From IMG/VR virus record IMGVR_UViG_3300010282_000006, positions 74,315 through 115,129 of that record: 40,815 nucleotides of DNA; one strand, given 5' to 3'. Numbering within the stretch: position 1 is the stretch's first letter; every line of letters begins with the position of its first letter. The position numbers were made by a program, and so were the translations under genes. The notes beneath the pieces are model-generated. The model made no database searches, had not been told where the DNA came from, and saw nothing but the letters and a program-made list of their open reading frames with translations. Shown piece by piece: positions 9,736 to 19,726 of the stretch. Source of the DNA: a virus (Duplodnaviria > Heunggongvirae > Uroviricota > Caudoviricetes).

Positions 9736-9963
9736 ATGCCGAGAATCGCAAAGGGGCGTCAGTCCGGCGAGAGGACTGTGCGCAATTTGCCTGCGAGCGA
9801 GAGCGGGTACGGCGTTCGCTATATTGCCAAGTCCGGCGCGGAGTATTGCGTCAGCCATTGTCCTGAGAAGGATCGGTTTACGCTTTGGCGCGTGACAGAC
9901 GGCGGATATGTCAGAATACAGACAGCGCCTACGCCGCAGGAGCTTTATGCGCTTGCAAAATAA
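9736..9963 (+). CDS. small hypothetical protein
   Basis: GGAGGAG RBS; 75 aa; ends 3 nt before tRNA-Tyr. Confidence 0.65.
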   Translation: MPRIAKGRQSGERTVRNLPASESGYGVRYIAKSGAEYCVSHCPEKDRFTLWRVTDGGYVRIQTAPTPQELYALAK

Positions 9964-9966
9964 TAC

Positions 9967-10052
9967 GGGAGAGTGGTAGAGCGGTCAATTACAGCAGACT
10001 GTAAATCTGCCGCCTTCGGGCTGCGATGGTTCAAATCCATCCTCTCCCACCA
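9967..10052 (+). tRNA. tRNA-Tyr(GTA), CCA encoded
   Basis: Acceptor GGGAGAG/CTCTCCC, anticodon arm GCAGA-CTGTAAA-TCTGC, long variable arm, GGTTCAAATCC T arm, ends ACCA. Confidence 0.95.
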
Positions 10053-10057
10053 AGTAT

Positions 10058-10133
10058 TGCGGGATATAGCAGAGGTTAGCTTACCAGCCTCATGAGCTGG
10101 AGGTCGGTGGTTCGAGTCCACCTCCCGCAACCA
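10058..10133 (+). tRNA. tRNA with CAT anticodon (Met; fMet-like body), CCA encoded
   Basis: Acceptor TGCGGGA/TCCCGCA, anticodon arm CCAGC-CTCATGA-GCTGG, GGTTCGAGTCC T arm, ends ACCA. Confidence 0.9.
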
Positions 10134-10288
10134 TAGCCGCGTTCGATTAACGCAAGGGCGGCGTTCGCCAGAGAGATGCCACATGGCGCTCAGGAGTTTC
10201 GACGCGGCAAAATGATATGACCGACCTGCCATGTGTAGGCGCGGTGGAGCCGCCGCGCAGACGCGAGCTGCGCGGCGGTGTGAACTTC

Positions 10289-10326
10289 ACGTCACGGATT
10301 CCGTATGGTTTCCGTGACGTTTTTTT
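10289..10326 (+). terminator. intrinsic terminator closing the tRNA region
   Basis: ACGTCACGGA / TCCGTGACGT stem followed by a T run. Confidence 0.75.
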
Positions 10327-10359
10327 CATGTCTTGCTCAGTGAGAAGGGAGGTGTCGCT

Positions 10360-11328
10360 ATGGCGGTGAAAAAGCAACTGAAAAAGACAGTTCCGAAAAT
10401 CAACAAAAACGCGAAGCCAAGCGACATCGTTCCGCAGACTGTTTCTGACGAGTCATACCGTTGCTCCTGCTGCGGGCATAAGTATCCGAAGCAGGAAGGG
10501 AATTTCAATGTTTCCAAATCCCCGATCTACAAAGGGAATAACGGCTATATGACCATCTGTAAGCGCTGTATCGGACAGCTTTTTGACCAGTACGTCGACT
10601 TTTTTGACAAGGATGAGGATGCTGCGATGGAGCGCATCTGCCAGATTACGGATATGTATGTGGACGATACGGCATGGGCGGCAAGCCGCAAGGTCAGCGC
10701 AAACCGCAGCCGTATGAGCGCGTATGTGTCCAAGCTCAATCTCAACCAGAGCACGGTCGGAGCGACATACGCGGACACGCTTTTGCGGCGCTGGGAGGAA
10801 GAGATCAAAAACGCGGAGAGTATTGAACAGGCGGCAAGGAACGGCGCGGACGAGGACGCTGCGCGTCGGTTCGGGCTTGGTTTTTCCGACAGTGATTACG
10901 ATGCGATGCAGGCGGAGTATGACAGTTGGGTGCAGAAGGAAGGAAAGCCCATCGACAAAAGACAGGAAGAGCTTTATGTGACGATGTGCTTTCTGCGGCT
11001 CAACCTGCAAAAAAGCGTGCAGAACGGTAGCGCCGGCGTCGGCACTGTTGCAAATTCCTACAAGAGCTTTATCGAAGCGGCCACGACTGAGATCGAAGAT
11101 CGCAAGCGTCTTGCCGAGCAAGAGGCTGAGATGAAGCCGGTCGGTATGCTTTTCAAGACCATTGAGCAGTACACGCCCGCTGAGTTTTATAAGGACAAAA
11201 AGCTCTACGCAGATTTTGACCAGCTTGGCGAGTACATCGAGCGGCACATGGTTCGACCGTTGCGCAACCTTCTGACGGGAACGAAAGAGCTGGATAAGGA
11301 GTTCAGTCTTTCCGGAGCGGAGGAGTGA
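10360..11328 (+). CDS. putative terminase small subunit with N-terminal Zn-finger-like Cys pairs
   Basis: CSCCG...CKRC; directly upstream of and coupled to TerL; strong GGGAGGTG RBS. Confidence 0.5.
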   Translation: MAVKKQLKKTVPKINKNAKPSDIVPQTVSDESYRCSCCGHKYPKQEGNFNVSKSPIYKGNNGYMTICKRCIGQLFDQYVDFFDKDEDAAMERICQITDMYVDDTAWAASRKVSANRSRMSAYVSKLNLNQSTVGATYADTLLRRWEEEIKNAESIEQAARNGADEDAARRFGLGFSDSDYDAMQAEYDSWVQKEGKPIDKRQEELYVTMCFLRLNLQKSVQNGSAGVGTVANSYKSFIEAATTEIEDRKRLAEQEAEMKPVGMLFKTIEQYTPAEFYKDKKLYADFDQLGEYIERHMVRPLRNLLTGTKELDKEFSLSGAEE

Positions 11329-11333
11329 TCGTC

Positions 11334-13139
11334 ATGGAGCCAAACTACGAAAGGCTGATGGACGAAAACCAGCTCCATTTGTACGAAAAATTTCCAAGCA
11401 GTCATTATTTGAGCGATCCGGAGCATGTGAAGCGGCTGATGGACTGGATGACGTTTTGGCGGCGCAATCCCGGTCGATTCGCGGAGCAGTATTTCAACAT
11501 CAAGCTGCATATCTACCAGCACATCATTTTGCGGTTTATGTTTTGTTGTCCGAGCTTGATGGTTGTTGCGTCCCGTGCGGCAGCAAAGAGCTTTGTGATT
11601 GCGGTTGCGGCGTGTGCGATGTGCATTTTGTATCCCGGCACGCTTCTGGTCGTCGGTTCTGCAACAAAGGGGCAGGCAAAGCTCATTGTGAGCGAAAAGA
11701 TCAAAAAGCTGATTTTGCCGAACGCCCCGCTTTTGGACGCTGAGATCCAGACGATCCGAGACAGTCAGAATGAAACGGAAGTCGTTTTTAAGAACGGAAG
11801 CTCCATCGTTGTTGTGCCGGCGATCGACTCGGCGCGCGGCCACCGAGCGACGGCGTTCGTCTACGAAGAGTTCCGCATGATTCCAAAGCACATCATTGAT
11901 ACGGTGTTTTCGCCGTTTCTGGAGACGCGCGTACCTCCGTGTATGCACACGGAGGAGTATGAGCATCTGATCGAGGAGCCGAAGGAGGTCTATATCAGCT
12001 CTGCGTGGTACAAGAGCCATTGGATGTGGAACATGATCAAGCTGTTCACCAAGGACATGCTGAACAAGGGAACATCCATGCTGATTGGAATGGATTACTC
12101 CATCACGCTCAAGCACAAGATCAAGACGCGCAACTATCTCATCAAGGAGCGCAAGAAGCTCGACCGCGTGGCGTGGATGATCGAATACGAAAACCAGATG
12201 GTTTCCGAGAACGCGCACGCCTACTTTACCTATGAGCTTTTGAACAAGAACCGCGTATGGAAGCGCGCGTTCTATCCGCGTCGTGCCGAGGACGTGATTT
12301 CGCATACGAAGAACCGGTATGCCATTCCCAAGCAGAAGGGCGAGATCCGCGTTATCGCGTGCGATATTGCATCGGAGGGCGGCAACGGAAACGACAACTC
12401 GATTTTCTCGTGCATCCGCGCGCTGCCGGAGAGCAAGGAGTACAAGGCGACCGACACGGGCGGCGAGCATATCGAGGTCAAGCAGGGCTATCGGCGTCAG
12501 GTGGTTTACATCGAGGCGCAGAAAGAATTTGAAACGACGAAGCAGGCAATCCGCATCAAGCAACTCTTTGCTGATTTTGACGCGGATTATTGCGTGCTGG
12601 ATACCAGAAATGCTGGAGTTTCGATTTATGACAGCCTTGCAAAGGTGCTCTACGATGAAGAACGCAATGTGGAGTATGAGCCTTGGACGTGCATGAACGA
12701 CGACAAGCTCAAGGGCAGAGTCGTGATTTCCGGACAGAAGGAGGTCGTTTTCTCCATCAAGGCGCAGCTTGAGACGAACAGCGCGATTGCTGTGTGTATG
12801 AAGAAGACGCTGACCGACCGCATGATCGACCTGATGGTGAACCATCAGGAGGGTGTTGAAGAGCTGATGCGGCATGTGCCGGAATACTCGTACGCTGACG
12901 TTGACACACAGATTTTCTACGAACGGCCGTATCTGGAAACCGTTGCGCTGGTGAACGAGATGATTTCGCTGGAGTATACCATCACAGATCAGACGCAGCT
13001 TATCAAGATTGCGGAGAGGCCGAGTGAGCGGAAAGACCGCTACACCTCGGTTTCGTACGGTAACTATTTCATCGAATTGTTGGAGAAAGACCTGTTTTCG
13101 GACAATTCTGATTATGAGTACACACCATTATACAACTGA
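11334..13139 (+). CDS. terL: terminase large subunit
   Basis: Walker A ASRAAAKS, Walker B FVYEE, nuclease motifs IACDIA and KDRY. Confidence 0.85.
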   Translation: MEPNYERLMDENQLHLYEKFPSSHYLSDPEHVKRLMDWMTFWRRNPGRFAEQYFNIKLHIYQHIILRFMFCCPSLMVVASRAAAKSFVIAVAACAMCILYPGTLLVVGSATKGQAKLIVSEKIKKLILPNAPLLDAEIQTIRDSQNETEVVFKNGSSIVVVPAIDSARGHRATAFVYEEFRMIPKHIIDTVFSPFLETRVPPCMHTEEYEHLIEEPKEVYISSAWYKSHWMWNMIKLFTKDMLNKGTSMLIGMDYSITLKHKIKTRNYLIKERKKLDRVAWMIEYENQMVSENAHAYFTYELLNKNRVWKRAFYPRRAEDVISHTKNRYAIPKQKGEIRVIACDIASEGGNGNDNSIFSCIRALPESKEYKATDTGGEHIEVKQGYRRQVVYIEAQKEFETTKQAIRIKQLFADFDADYCVLDTRNAGVSIYDSLAKVLYDEERNVEYEPWTCMNDDKLKGRVVISGQKEVVFSIKAQLETNSAIAVCMKKTLTDRMIDLMVNHQEGVEELMRHVPEYSYADVDTQIFYERPYLETVALVNEMISLEYTITDQTQLIKIAERPSERKDRYTSVSYGNYFIELLEKDLFSDNSDYEYTPLYN

Positions 13140-13155
13140 GAGGAGGTGAGGCAGC

Positions 13156-14814
13156 ATGGCAGACAGGTCGAGATTTCGGTTGTTTGAGCCGAGAGGCGGG
13201 ACGAGAAAGCCGGACATAAGGACGGAGCAAAGCGCGAGCGAGGCAGCGCCGGCGTCTGGCGGAGAGGTCAATTCCTTCGGCGCGTGGGTGAACATCAACG
13301 TGGATCGCATGGGCGGCGAGCAAGCGCCGTTCTCGCCGGAGGAGGTTACGCGCATGGCGCAGAACCCGACTTTGTATATCAGAGAGCTTCGCGCGTGGGC
13401 GAAGTGGGCGTATTACGCCAACGGCACGGTGACGAACGCCATCGACAGCTTGGAGACGCTGCACTCGCTGGACTATATTGTGGTGACGAAGCCTAAGCGG
13501 GAAAACGTGCCGTGCGGAAAGACGCGACAGCAGCGGGACAAGATGGAGTCCGTGCTGCGCGCCATCCGCTACAAGGAGGTCATCCGCAACGCTATTCACC
13601 AAGAGGTGAACGACGGTATGTACGTCGGCTATGTGGAGACGCGGCGTGTGAGCGTCGACAAGCGCATGGCGCTGACGGACGAGGACATCCGCAGCATATC
13701 AGAGATCAGCGAGAGTGGCGTCAACACAATGGTTTTCACGCTTCCCGTCGACTATGTGCGGATCATCGGACGGCGAAACAACTGCTATGAGGCCGCGTTT
13801 GACCTGCGGTATTTTGATCAGTTTTCCGAAGATGAGCGGAAGCTGCGGCTGCGGAGCTTTCCGAAGCAGATTCAGGACGGTTGGGAGAAGTATGCAAGCG
13901 GCGTATATCAGAACGGCGAGTGCTGGCTGCGTCTCGACTGGCGCAAGACGATCGTTGTCAAGATCAAAAGCGGCGTCAACGATCCGTATGGCATACCGTT
14001 TGCTGTGGCGGCGCTCGACGACATCGACTACGCCAACTACTTCACCAAGACGAAGCGACACGTTCTCGACACGGTGAACAACCAGATCTACTACGAAACT
14101 TTCCCGGAGGGAAAGGACAAGGGAACGAGCGCGCTGACGGATAAGCAGCAAAAGGCGCAGCACAACACCGTCAAGGGCGCTCTGACAACGCGCAGCGAAA
14201 ACGGCGTGAGTTTCTTTTCGCTTGCGGCTGGTACAAAGATGGAGCGGCTTCCGGTCGATGTCGACATTCTTGACGAGGAGAATGACAACGGCATCAAGGA
14301 TAAGGTAAACGACGGAATCGGCTTTTCCTCTGCCGCGCTGGGCGGCAGTTCGACCGGCAACTATGCCACGGCGTCGCTTAACCTTGAGGTCATATCCGGT
14401 AAGGTGTTCACATGGATCGAGGCGATTGTCGAGGAGCTGAATAAGTGCCTGAGTTATGGTGTGATGAAGGATGCGGATTATCGCGTTGAGTTCCGTGTGC
14501 TGCCGATTACGTTCCTCAACCGCGAAAAGCAGATCAAGGTTTTTTCCGACCTGTATGCGCGCGGGAAGGGAAGCCTTTTGGCGTGGATTGCCGCGAGCGG
14601 CGTGAACGCGGACGACTATCTGACGTTGATGGATTATGAGCTGGATGAAGATTTTGAGAATCGTTATCCGGTTCACAAGACGTCATTCACCGTTTCTGGC
14701 AAGGACGCGCCGGACGACGACGTGGATAAGAGCCACGCTGGAGCGGAACAGAATCCCAGCACGGAGAGCACCACGGAGAACGACGGAAATTCGCTCCCGT
14801 CTCCCAATTCGTGA
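13156..14814 (+). CDS. portal protein
   Basis: 552 aa, follows TerL; PYGIPFAVAAL and FSLAAGTK portal-like segments, acidic low-complexity C-tail. Confidence 0.75.
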   Translation: MADRSRFRLFEPRGGTRKPDIRTEQSASEAAPASGGEVNSFGAWVNINVDRMGGEQAPFSPEEVTRMAQNPTLYIRELRAWAKWAYYANGTVTNAIDSLETLHSLDYIVVTKPKRENVPCGKTRQQRDKMESVLRAIRYKEVIRNAIHQEVNDGMYVGYVETRRVSVDKRMALTDEDIRSISEISESGVNTMVFTLPVDYVRIIGRRNNCYEAAFDLRYFDQFSEDERKLRLRSFPKQIQDGWEKYASGVYQNGECWLRLDWRKTIVVKIKSGVNDPYGIPFAVAALDDIDYANYFTKTKRHVLDTVNNQIYYETFPEGKDKGTSALTDKQQKAQHNTVKGALTTRSENGVSFFSLAAGTKMERLPVDVDILDEENDNGIKDKVNDGIGFSSAALGGSSTGNYATASLNLEVISGKVFTWIEAIVEELNKCLSYGVMKDADYRVEFRVLPITFLNREKQIKVFSDLYARGKGSLLAWIAASGVNADDYLTLMDYELDEDFENRYPVHKTSFTVSGKDAPDDDVDKSHAGAEQNPSTESTTENDGNSLPSPNS

Positions 14815-14830
14815 AGGGAGGTGAACGGAA

Positions 14831-16033
14831 GTGCTTGAAAAGGTACAGACCAGATTCCCGATTTTTGAGATCGAGAGTAAGGCGGCGCTGAACGGGCGAC
14901 GCCATATCAAGGTGATTTTGCACGAGATTTTCCCTGACGACACGGCATGGCAGGAAAACGGAATCTCGTGGAACGAGCAGTATGTGCGCGACAACATGGA
15001 GACCGTAAAGGGTATGTCGCTGACGGTTGAGTTTTTGAACGAAGACCGTGACGTTCCGTACGGACACGGCATGACCGGCGCGCGCAACAATATGCCGATT
15101 TTCGAGGACGCCACGATGGTTGGCTTCTGCGATAAGGCGTATGTGGAGGATGTGCAGCTCGGCGGCGAAACGCACCGCGTTTTGATCGCGGAGGGATGGC
15201 TGGACGAGATGCGCTATCCGAGGTTCGTTGACTGGCTTGCTTTCCACATGGCTGACGGCACCGTGAAGGGCAGCGTTGAAATTGTGGGAAAGCGGGAAAA
15301 CGACGGCGAGATTATTTACTCCGGCGGTTGGAAGGAGCGAGGACGTGTTCCACAGATTTACGAGTACAGCGGATACGCGATCCTTGGCGTCAAGCCGGCA
15401 GATGAGACGGCGATCGTGATGGAGTTAAATAATAAAAAATCTGCGAAGGAGGATGACAGCATGGATTTTGAACAGATGAAGAACGATGTGACGGCCGCCG
15501 TCTCGAATGCTATGGTCGAGGCCAATAATCGCTGGGATGAGTATTGGGCGAAGCTCAGCGAAAAGGACGCCAAGATTGCACAGCTTGAGGCGGAGATCAA
15601 GGACAAGGAAGCCGAAATCGCGCATGTCGAGGAAGAGAAGGCGCAGCTTCGCGCCGACTTCGACGCGAAGGAAGCCGGCCTTTCCGAGGCCAATGCCAAG
15701 CTCGAAGAGGCGAACGCCAAGCTCGCCGAGGTCGAGAAGAAGAATGCCGAGCTTGCCGACGAGCAGGCGAAGGCGGAGCTGAACGCGGCTCTTGCTCCCT
15801 ATACCGAGGAGCAGCGCAAGGTCGCCGAGGCGGAGATCAGCGCGTTCAACGAACATCCCGGCAGCATCGAGATCAACATGATCGTTGGCAAGATCTGTAC
15901 GGAAATCGTGCGCGCCGCGCATGAAGCGAAGCTCGTCGAGCAGAACGCGGCGAGCGACATCGACGTGTTTGCGATGGGTGACAGTGCTGCGAAACAGCAG
16001 CCGGAAGCTGACGATAACGTCAGCGTTTACTAA
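14831..16033 (+). CDS. prohead protease/scaffold fusion
   Basis: Globular N-terminal domain (VKGSVE) plus long Glu/Ala/Lys coiled coil (EANAKLEEANAKL); between portal and capsid genes. Confidence 0.7.
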   Translation: MLEKVQTRFPIFEIESKAALNGRRHIKVILHEIFPDDTAWQENGISWNEQYVRDNMETVKGMSLTVEFLNEDRDVPYGHGMTGARNNMPIFEDATMVGFCDKAYVEDVQLGGETHRVLIAEGWLDEMRYPRFVDWLAFHMADGTVKGSVEIVGKRENDGEIIYSGGWKERGRVPQIYEYSGYAILGVKPADETAIVMELNNKKSAKEDDSMDFEQMKNDVTAAVSNAMVEANNRWDEYWAKLSEKDAKIAQLEAEIKDKEAEIAHVEEEKAQLRADFDAKEAGLSEANAKLEEANAKLAEVEKKNAELADEQAKAELNAALAPYTEEQRKVAEAEISAFNEHPGSIEINMIVGKICTEIVRAAHEAKLVEQNAASDIDVFAMGDSAAKQQPEADDNVSVY

Positions 16034-16052
16034 TTGAAGGAGGTACACCAAC

Positions 16053-16514
16053 ATGAAGTACAAGACCATTGGCGCGTTCAAGAACGTGCAGAACGTTGGC
16101 TATTGCAAGGCCGCTGTCGATATGAAGGTCGGCATGGGCGTCATTCTCGATCAGGCCGCGAAGACTGCCAAGCTCCCGACCACGGCTGCCGAGGCGAAGG
16201 CGTGCTATCGCATTGCCACCAACATCGACGACAAGCCGGAGATGCGTCAGTTCTCCGATACCGTCGTGATCAACGCGGGCGAGAAGGTGCGCGCGGACGA
16301 CCTGAACACCGTCGCGAATCTGGAGATCGAGTTTGCGGCGGCCGAGATCAGCACCGCGTATGCCAACATCGCCAAGAACGACAAGCTCGTGTTCGGCATC
16401 GGCGGCCTTCTGGAGAAGACCGACGACGTTGACGGCTACAAGGTCTATTTCGAGGTCATCGACAAGACCGCGTACATGGGTTCCGGCGTGCTCGCCGTGA
16501 TCCGCGTGCAGTAA
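16053..16514 (+). CDS. putative capsid decoration/cement protein
   Basis: 153 aa immediately before the major capsid gene; same strong C-ending codon bias. Confidence 0.55.
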   Translation: MKYKTIGAFKNVQNVGYCKAAVDMKVGMGVILDQAAKTAKLPTTAAEAKACYRIATNIDDKPEMRQFSDTVVINAGEKVRADDLNTVANLEIEFAAAEISTAYANIAKNDKLVFGIGGLLEKTDDVDGYKVYFEVIDKTAYMGSGVLAVIRVQ

Positions 16515-16538
16515 GAAAGATAAAAGGAGGGCTATACA

Positions 16539-17645
16539 ATGAGCATCTATGAAATCAATATGGCGAACGCCCGTCCCGACGTCGCTCAGGCGCGCGTGAC
16601 CGCGAAGTCTCCCATTGTTGAGGTCTTCTCTGCGCTGGTGCGCGGCGAGACGCCCAACGTCAGCGACAAGGTTCTCGACAAGTCCGTCGTTGAAATCAGC
16701 TCCCTCGCTGAGAGAGCGCTGAACGGCGACGAGATCGCGCGCAGCGAGATCAACGCGATCATCCGCTTTTCCATCGAGCCGAAGCTGATGCAGTCGATCA
16801 AGCTGTTCAACTTCCTCGGCTCCTTCAAGCGCATCGGCTACAACGAGCAGGCGCTCATGAAGACCTACAAGTACGAGAGCATTGACAGCCGCATTCAGGC
16901 GTCCAGCTCCGACGTGCCGTTTGCGGCTGTCAACTGGCGTGAGTATCCGATTGCCACGCAGACGATTTCTGCCGGTATCAGCATCGACTACCGCGAGCTG
17001 CAGAGCAAGAACTTCGACGGCAATCTCGCCGAGGGCATCAATCAGGTCAAGATCGACATGCAGAACAAGGCCGTCTACTATGTGATGACCGTGCTTTACA
17101 ACGGTCTGAAGAACGCCAGAGGCGTCAAGCATTTTGCCGAGTCCACCGGCATCGCCAAGTCCGGCGTTGACAATATGCTCAAGTCCATGCGTCGCTACGG
17201 CAAGGTCAATATCGCCGGCGACTACAGCGTCGTGAGCCAGTTCAATGACTTCGCCGGCTACCTGACCGTCGGCGCGAACACCATTCCGTTCGGCGCGGAC
17301 GTCGTGGCGGATGAGATCCGCAAGACCGGCCTCATCAGCTACTACAACGGCGCGTATGTCACTGAGCTTCCGAACGCGATCAACTGGACGAAGCTCAACA
17401 GCGCCGGCACCGACTACGATCTCTATATGCCGCAGGGTCTCCTGTTCTTCCTGCCGCAGGGCAGCGTTTCCCCGCTGCAGTGCTTCCTGCGCGGCGGCAT
17501 GACCAGCATGACCGGCGACGACATCGTGACGCGCCAGCGCATGACGCGCTTCGACATGGAGTTCGGCGCTGGCATCGCGGAGGGTATGGAGGATCAGATC
17601 GGTCTGATTTCCGACACCAACTACGACCGCCCGAACGTCAACTAA
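16539..17645 (+). CDS. major capsid protein (HK97 fold likely)
   Basis: 368 aa, position, highly biased codon usage, followed by a terminator. Confidence 0.8.
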   Translation: MSIYEINMANARPDVAQARVTAKSPIVEVFSALVRGETPNVSDKVLDKSVVEISSLAERALNGDEIARSEINAIIRFSIEPKLMQSIKLFNFLGSFKRIGYNEQALMKTYKYESIDSRIQASSSDVPFAAVNWREYPIATQTISAGISIDYRELQSKNFDGNLAEGINQVKIDMQNKAVYYVMTVLYNGLKNARGVKHFAESTGIAKSGVDNMLKSMRRYGKVNIAGDYSVVSQFNDFAGYLTVGANTIPFGADVVADEIRKTGLISYYNGAYVTELPNAINWTKLNSAGTDYDLYMPQGLLFFLPQGSVSPLQCFLRGGMTSMTGDDIVTRQRMTRFDMEFGAGIAEGMEDQIGLISDTNYDRPNVN

Positions 17646-17666
17646 CCGTTTCACGCGGCAAATATG

Positions 17667-17699
17667 AGAGGGAGGGGTTTTGAGCCTCTCCCTCTTTTT
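17667..17699 (+). terminator. intrinsic terminator after major capsid gene
   Basis: AGAGGGAGGGG/CCTCTCCCTCT stem plus TTTT. Confidence 0.75.
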
Positions 17700-17753
17700 C
17701 GCGAATACCCAAATAATCCCCTAAATGGGGTGTATGAAAGGAAAAACACAACT

Positions 17754-18224
17754 ATGGCAACGAACAACAATGTTCTGGTAGACAATCTGTGCTCTTGGCC
17801 GCTGTATTTTCGCCGTGCGACCGGTCAGGGCGACGTGATGATTCCCGCGAACGCGAAGGGCTATCCGCTTCTCTCCCGCGAAGAGGTTCAGGCGCAGATC
17901 CAGCTTGGCAACGTCATGTTCACCGGTGAGGACGGGCTTGGCAGTCATGCGCGAATCCGCATTGTGGATGATGCGGCGCGCCGCGACGTGTTCGGCATCG
18001 AGGGCGTTTCGACCGGCGAGGTCGTTGTTCTCGACGATGAGGCAGTGAAGGCGCTGCTTGCGATCAAGAGCAAGGCGAAGTTCAACGAACGCCTGCACGA
18101 GCTTGTGAGCACCGACGCTGAGAAGCGGATGCTGGTGGATCTCGCGTTCAAGTGCGGCGCTGAGGATGCGGAGACGTGGAAGGTCGACACGCTGCGCGCG
18201 CTTGCGGACGACAGAACTTTTTAA
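17754..18224 (+). CDS. hypothetical head-region protein
   Basis: ATG 17754 after GAAAGGA; 156 aa. Confidence 0.65.
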   Translation: MATNNNVLVDNLCSWPLYFRRATGQGDVMIPANAKGYPLLSREEVQAQIQLGNVMFTGEDGLGSHARIRIVDDAARRDVFGIEGVSTGEVVVLDDEAVKALLAIKSKAKFNERLHELVSTDAEKRMLVDLAFKCGAEDAETWKVDTLRALADDRTF

Positions 18225-18245
18225 TGCCTGAAAGGAGGCGTGGCT

Positions 18246-18638
18246 ATGGCGACGACTTTTTCGGACATCGAGACTATCTTCCATTCCATGCCTTTGACGA
18301 AGTTTGAGATTCCAGAAAACCTTGAGGCGGCGTGGCTGAATGTCGCCGTTGCGGATTATGAGCTGAACCTCGATGTGGAGCTTGGCTATGATGCAGACGC
18401 AAAAGTGTTTGCACTCGATCTGTCGATGCTTGCGCAGCGGACGCTTGCACAGATGATGTACGTTCAGTACCTACAGCGCGAGCTGAGTCGTGTGATGGCG
18501 CTGACCGGCATTTATGGCAAGGACGTTCAGCTCACCGGACAGGATTCGACAAAGCGCGTGACAAAGGCAGAGTTGGATGACCAGATTGCCAATGTGGAGA
18601 AGCTGCTGCATCGGCAGAAAGATCCTGCTTACGGATGA
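18246..18638 (+). CDS. putative head-tail connector/adaptor
   Basis: 130-aa helical protein in neck position; AGGAGG RBS. Confidence 0.5.
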   Translation: MATTFSDIETIFHSMPLTKFEIPENLEAAWLNVAVADYELNLDVELGYDADAKVFALDLSMLAQRTLAQMMYVQYLQRELSRVMALTGIYGKDVQLTGQDSTKRVTKAELDDQIANVEKLLHRQKDPAYG

Positions 18639-18651
18639 GGAGGTGCGAGGC

Positions 18652-19710
18652 ATGTCAGAGGAGTCGAGGGAGTGGTATCGGATGAATCGCCCTCTATTCA
18701 ACAGCGGGTTTGAGGACGACGAGTTCTGGGCATACGGACAAGACGGTTTTGATGAGCTGTTGGGTTCCTTTGTCGCCTCGGACGTCCTGATTTATGATAA
18801 GAAGATCGCGTTGCCGCCGCAAATGGCGCGTGCGATTATACAGCAGCGCACAAGCGATGTGTCCGGATCTGCGACTGTGCGGCAGATTCTTTGCAGGATC
18901 GGTACGCTTCACTGTGGTCAGTATGTCAAGTGTGAGAACGCGCTTTGGTTGGTCGCGACGTTGCCGGACAACAATCGGGTTTACGAGAAGGCAATTCTGT
19001 GGAAGTGCAATCATACGCTGCGGTTTCTCTCGCCTGTTACAGGTGAGGTCGTAGAGTACCCCATTCACAGCGCCAATGCAACGCAGTACGGCGACGGTGA
19101 GAAAAACAAGCCGAATATCAGCATTGGCGACGACCAGCTCCTCATTTATGTCCCGTATAATGAGGAGACGATCCTGATTGACAACGGTTTTCGTTTCATT
19201 ATGGACAAGAATCGAGTTCATCCAAGCGTTTACACCGTGACGAGAGTGGACTCCACATCGTTTGCGGTGGGTGGTGAGAGGTTTGACGACGGGCTTTTGC
19301 AATGGATGGTGCTGCAGGGGCAGTTCAACGAGGCAACAGACAGCCGTAATGAGATGATCGCTGATTTCTACAAGCCCAAGGATGGCGATACTGATGAGGA
19401 GCCGGGAGCTGGCGGTTATACGCTGACGCTGCGCGATCTTGAAGGGGACTATCGGCTTGCCATTGGCGAGGAGAAAACAGTCGCGGTCGGCTGCGTTGAC
19501 GCGAGCGGTGCGGACGTTACGACATTCCACTATCGTATGGAGTACGATCTTGCGGACGGCGCGGCAACGGCGAGCGACATCGGGAACCACATGATTCTAC
19601 TGCGCGCCGAGGATGACGAGCAGTTTGTCGGTAGGGAAGTAACGATCCGCGCAATCAGCGACGACTTTGGAAGCACTGCGGAAATGACCATTCGCATCGT
19701 TGAGTGGTAA
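18652..19710 (+). CDS. putative head-closure/neck protein with C-terminal beta-rich (Ig-like?) extension
   Basis: GAGGAGGTG RBS; neck position; beta-strand-like C-terminal ~100 aa. Confidence 0.45.
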   Translation: MSEESREWYRMNRPLFNSGFEDDEFWAYGQDGFDELLGSFVASDVLIYDKKIALPPQMARAIIQQRTSDVSGSATVRQILCRIGTLHCGQYVKCENALWLVATLPDNNRVYEKAILWKCNHTLRFLSPVTGEVVEYPIHSANATQYGDGEKNKPNISIGDDQLLIYVPYNEETILIDNGFRFIMDKNRVHPSVYTVTRVDSTSFAVGGERFDDGLLQWMVLQGQFNEATDSRNEMIADFYKPKDGDTDEEPGAGGYTLTLRDLEGDYRLAIGEEKTVAVGCVDASGADVTTFHYRMEYDLADGAATASDIGNHMILLRAEDDEQFVGREVTIRAISDDFGSTAEMTIRIVEW

Positions 19711-19726
19711 ATACGGAGGTGTGGAT

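Noticed and set aside
9967-10133. tRNAs as prophage attachment site or sign of stop-codon recoding
   Set aside because: Phage genes flank both sides, no integrase or att duplication is visible, anticodons are sense, and ORFs are intact in code 11
10134-10210. Theta (HDV-like) ribozyme or third tRNA after tRNA-Met
   Set aside because: The 7-bp stem partner is ~60 nt away with no P1.1 GG, P4 or catalytic J4/2; no T arm for a cloverleaf
4581-13139. Inteins or introns in RNAP, helicase or terminase
   Set aside because: ORFs are continuous and of expected size; no intein splice motifs seen
15660-15790. Imperfect ~21-nt tandem repeats
   Set aside because: Encode heptad coiled-coil repeats of the scaffold (EANAKL); not a CRISPR array or DGR repeat
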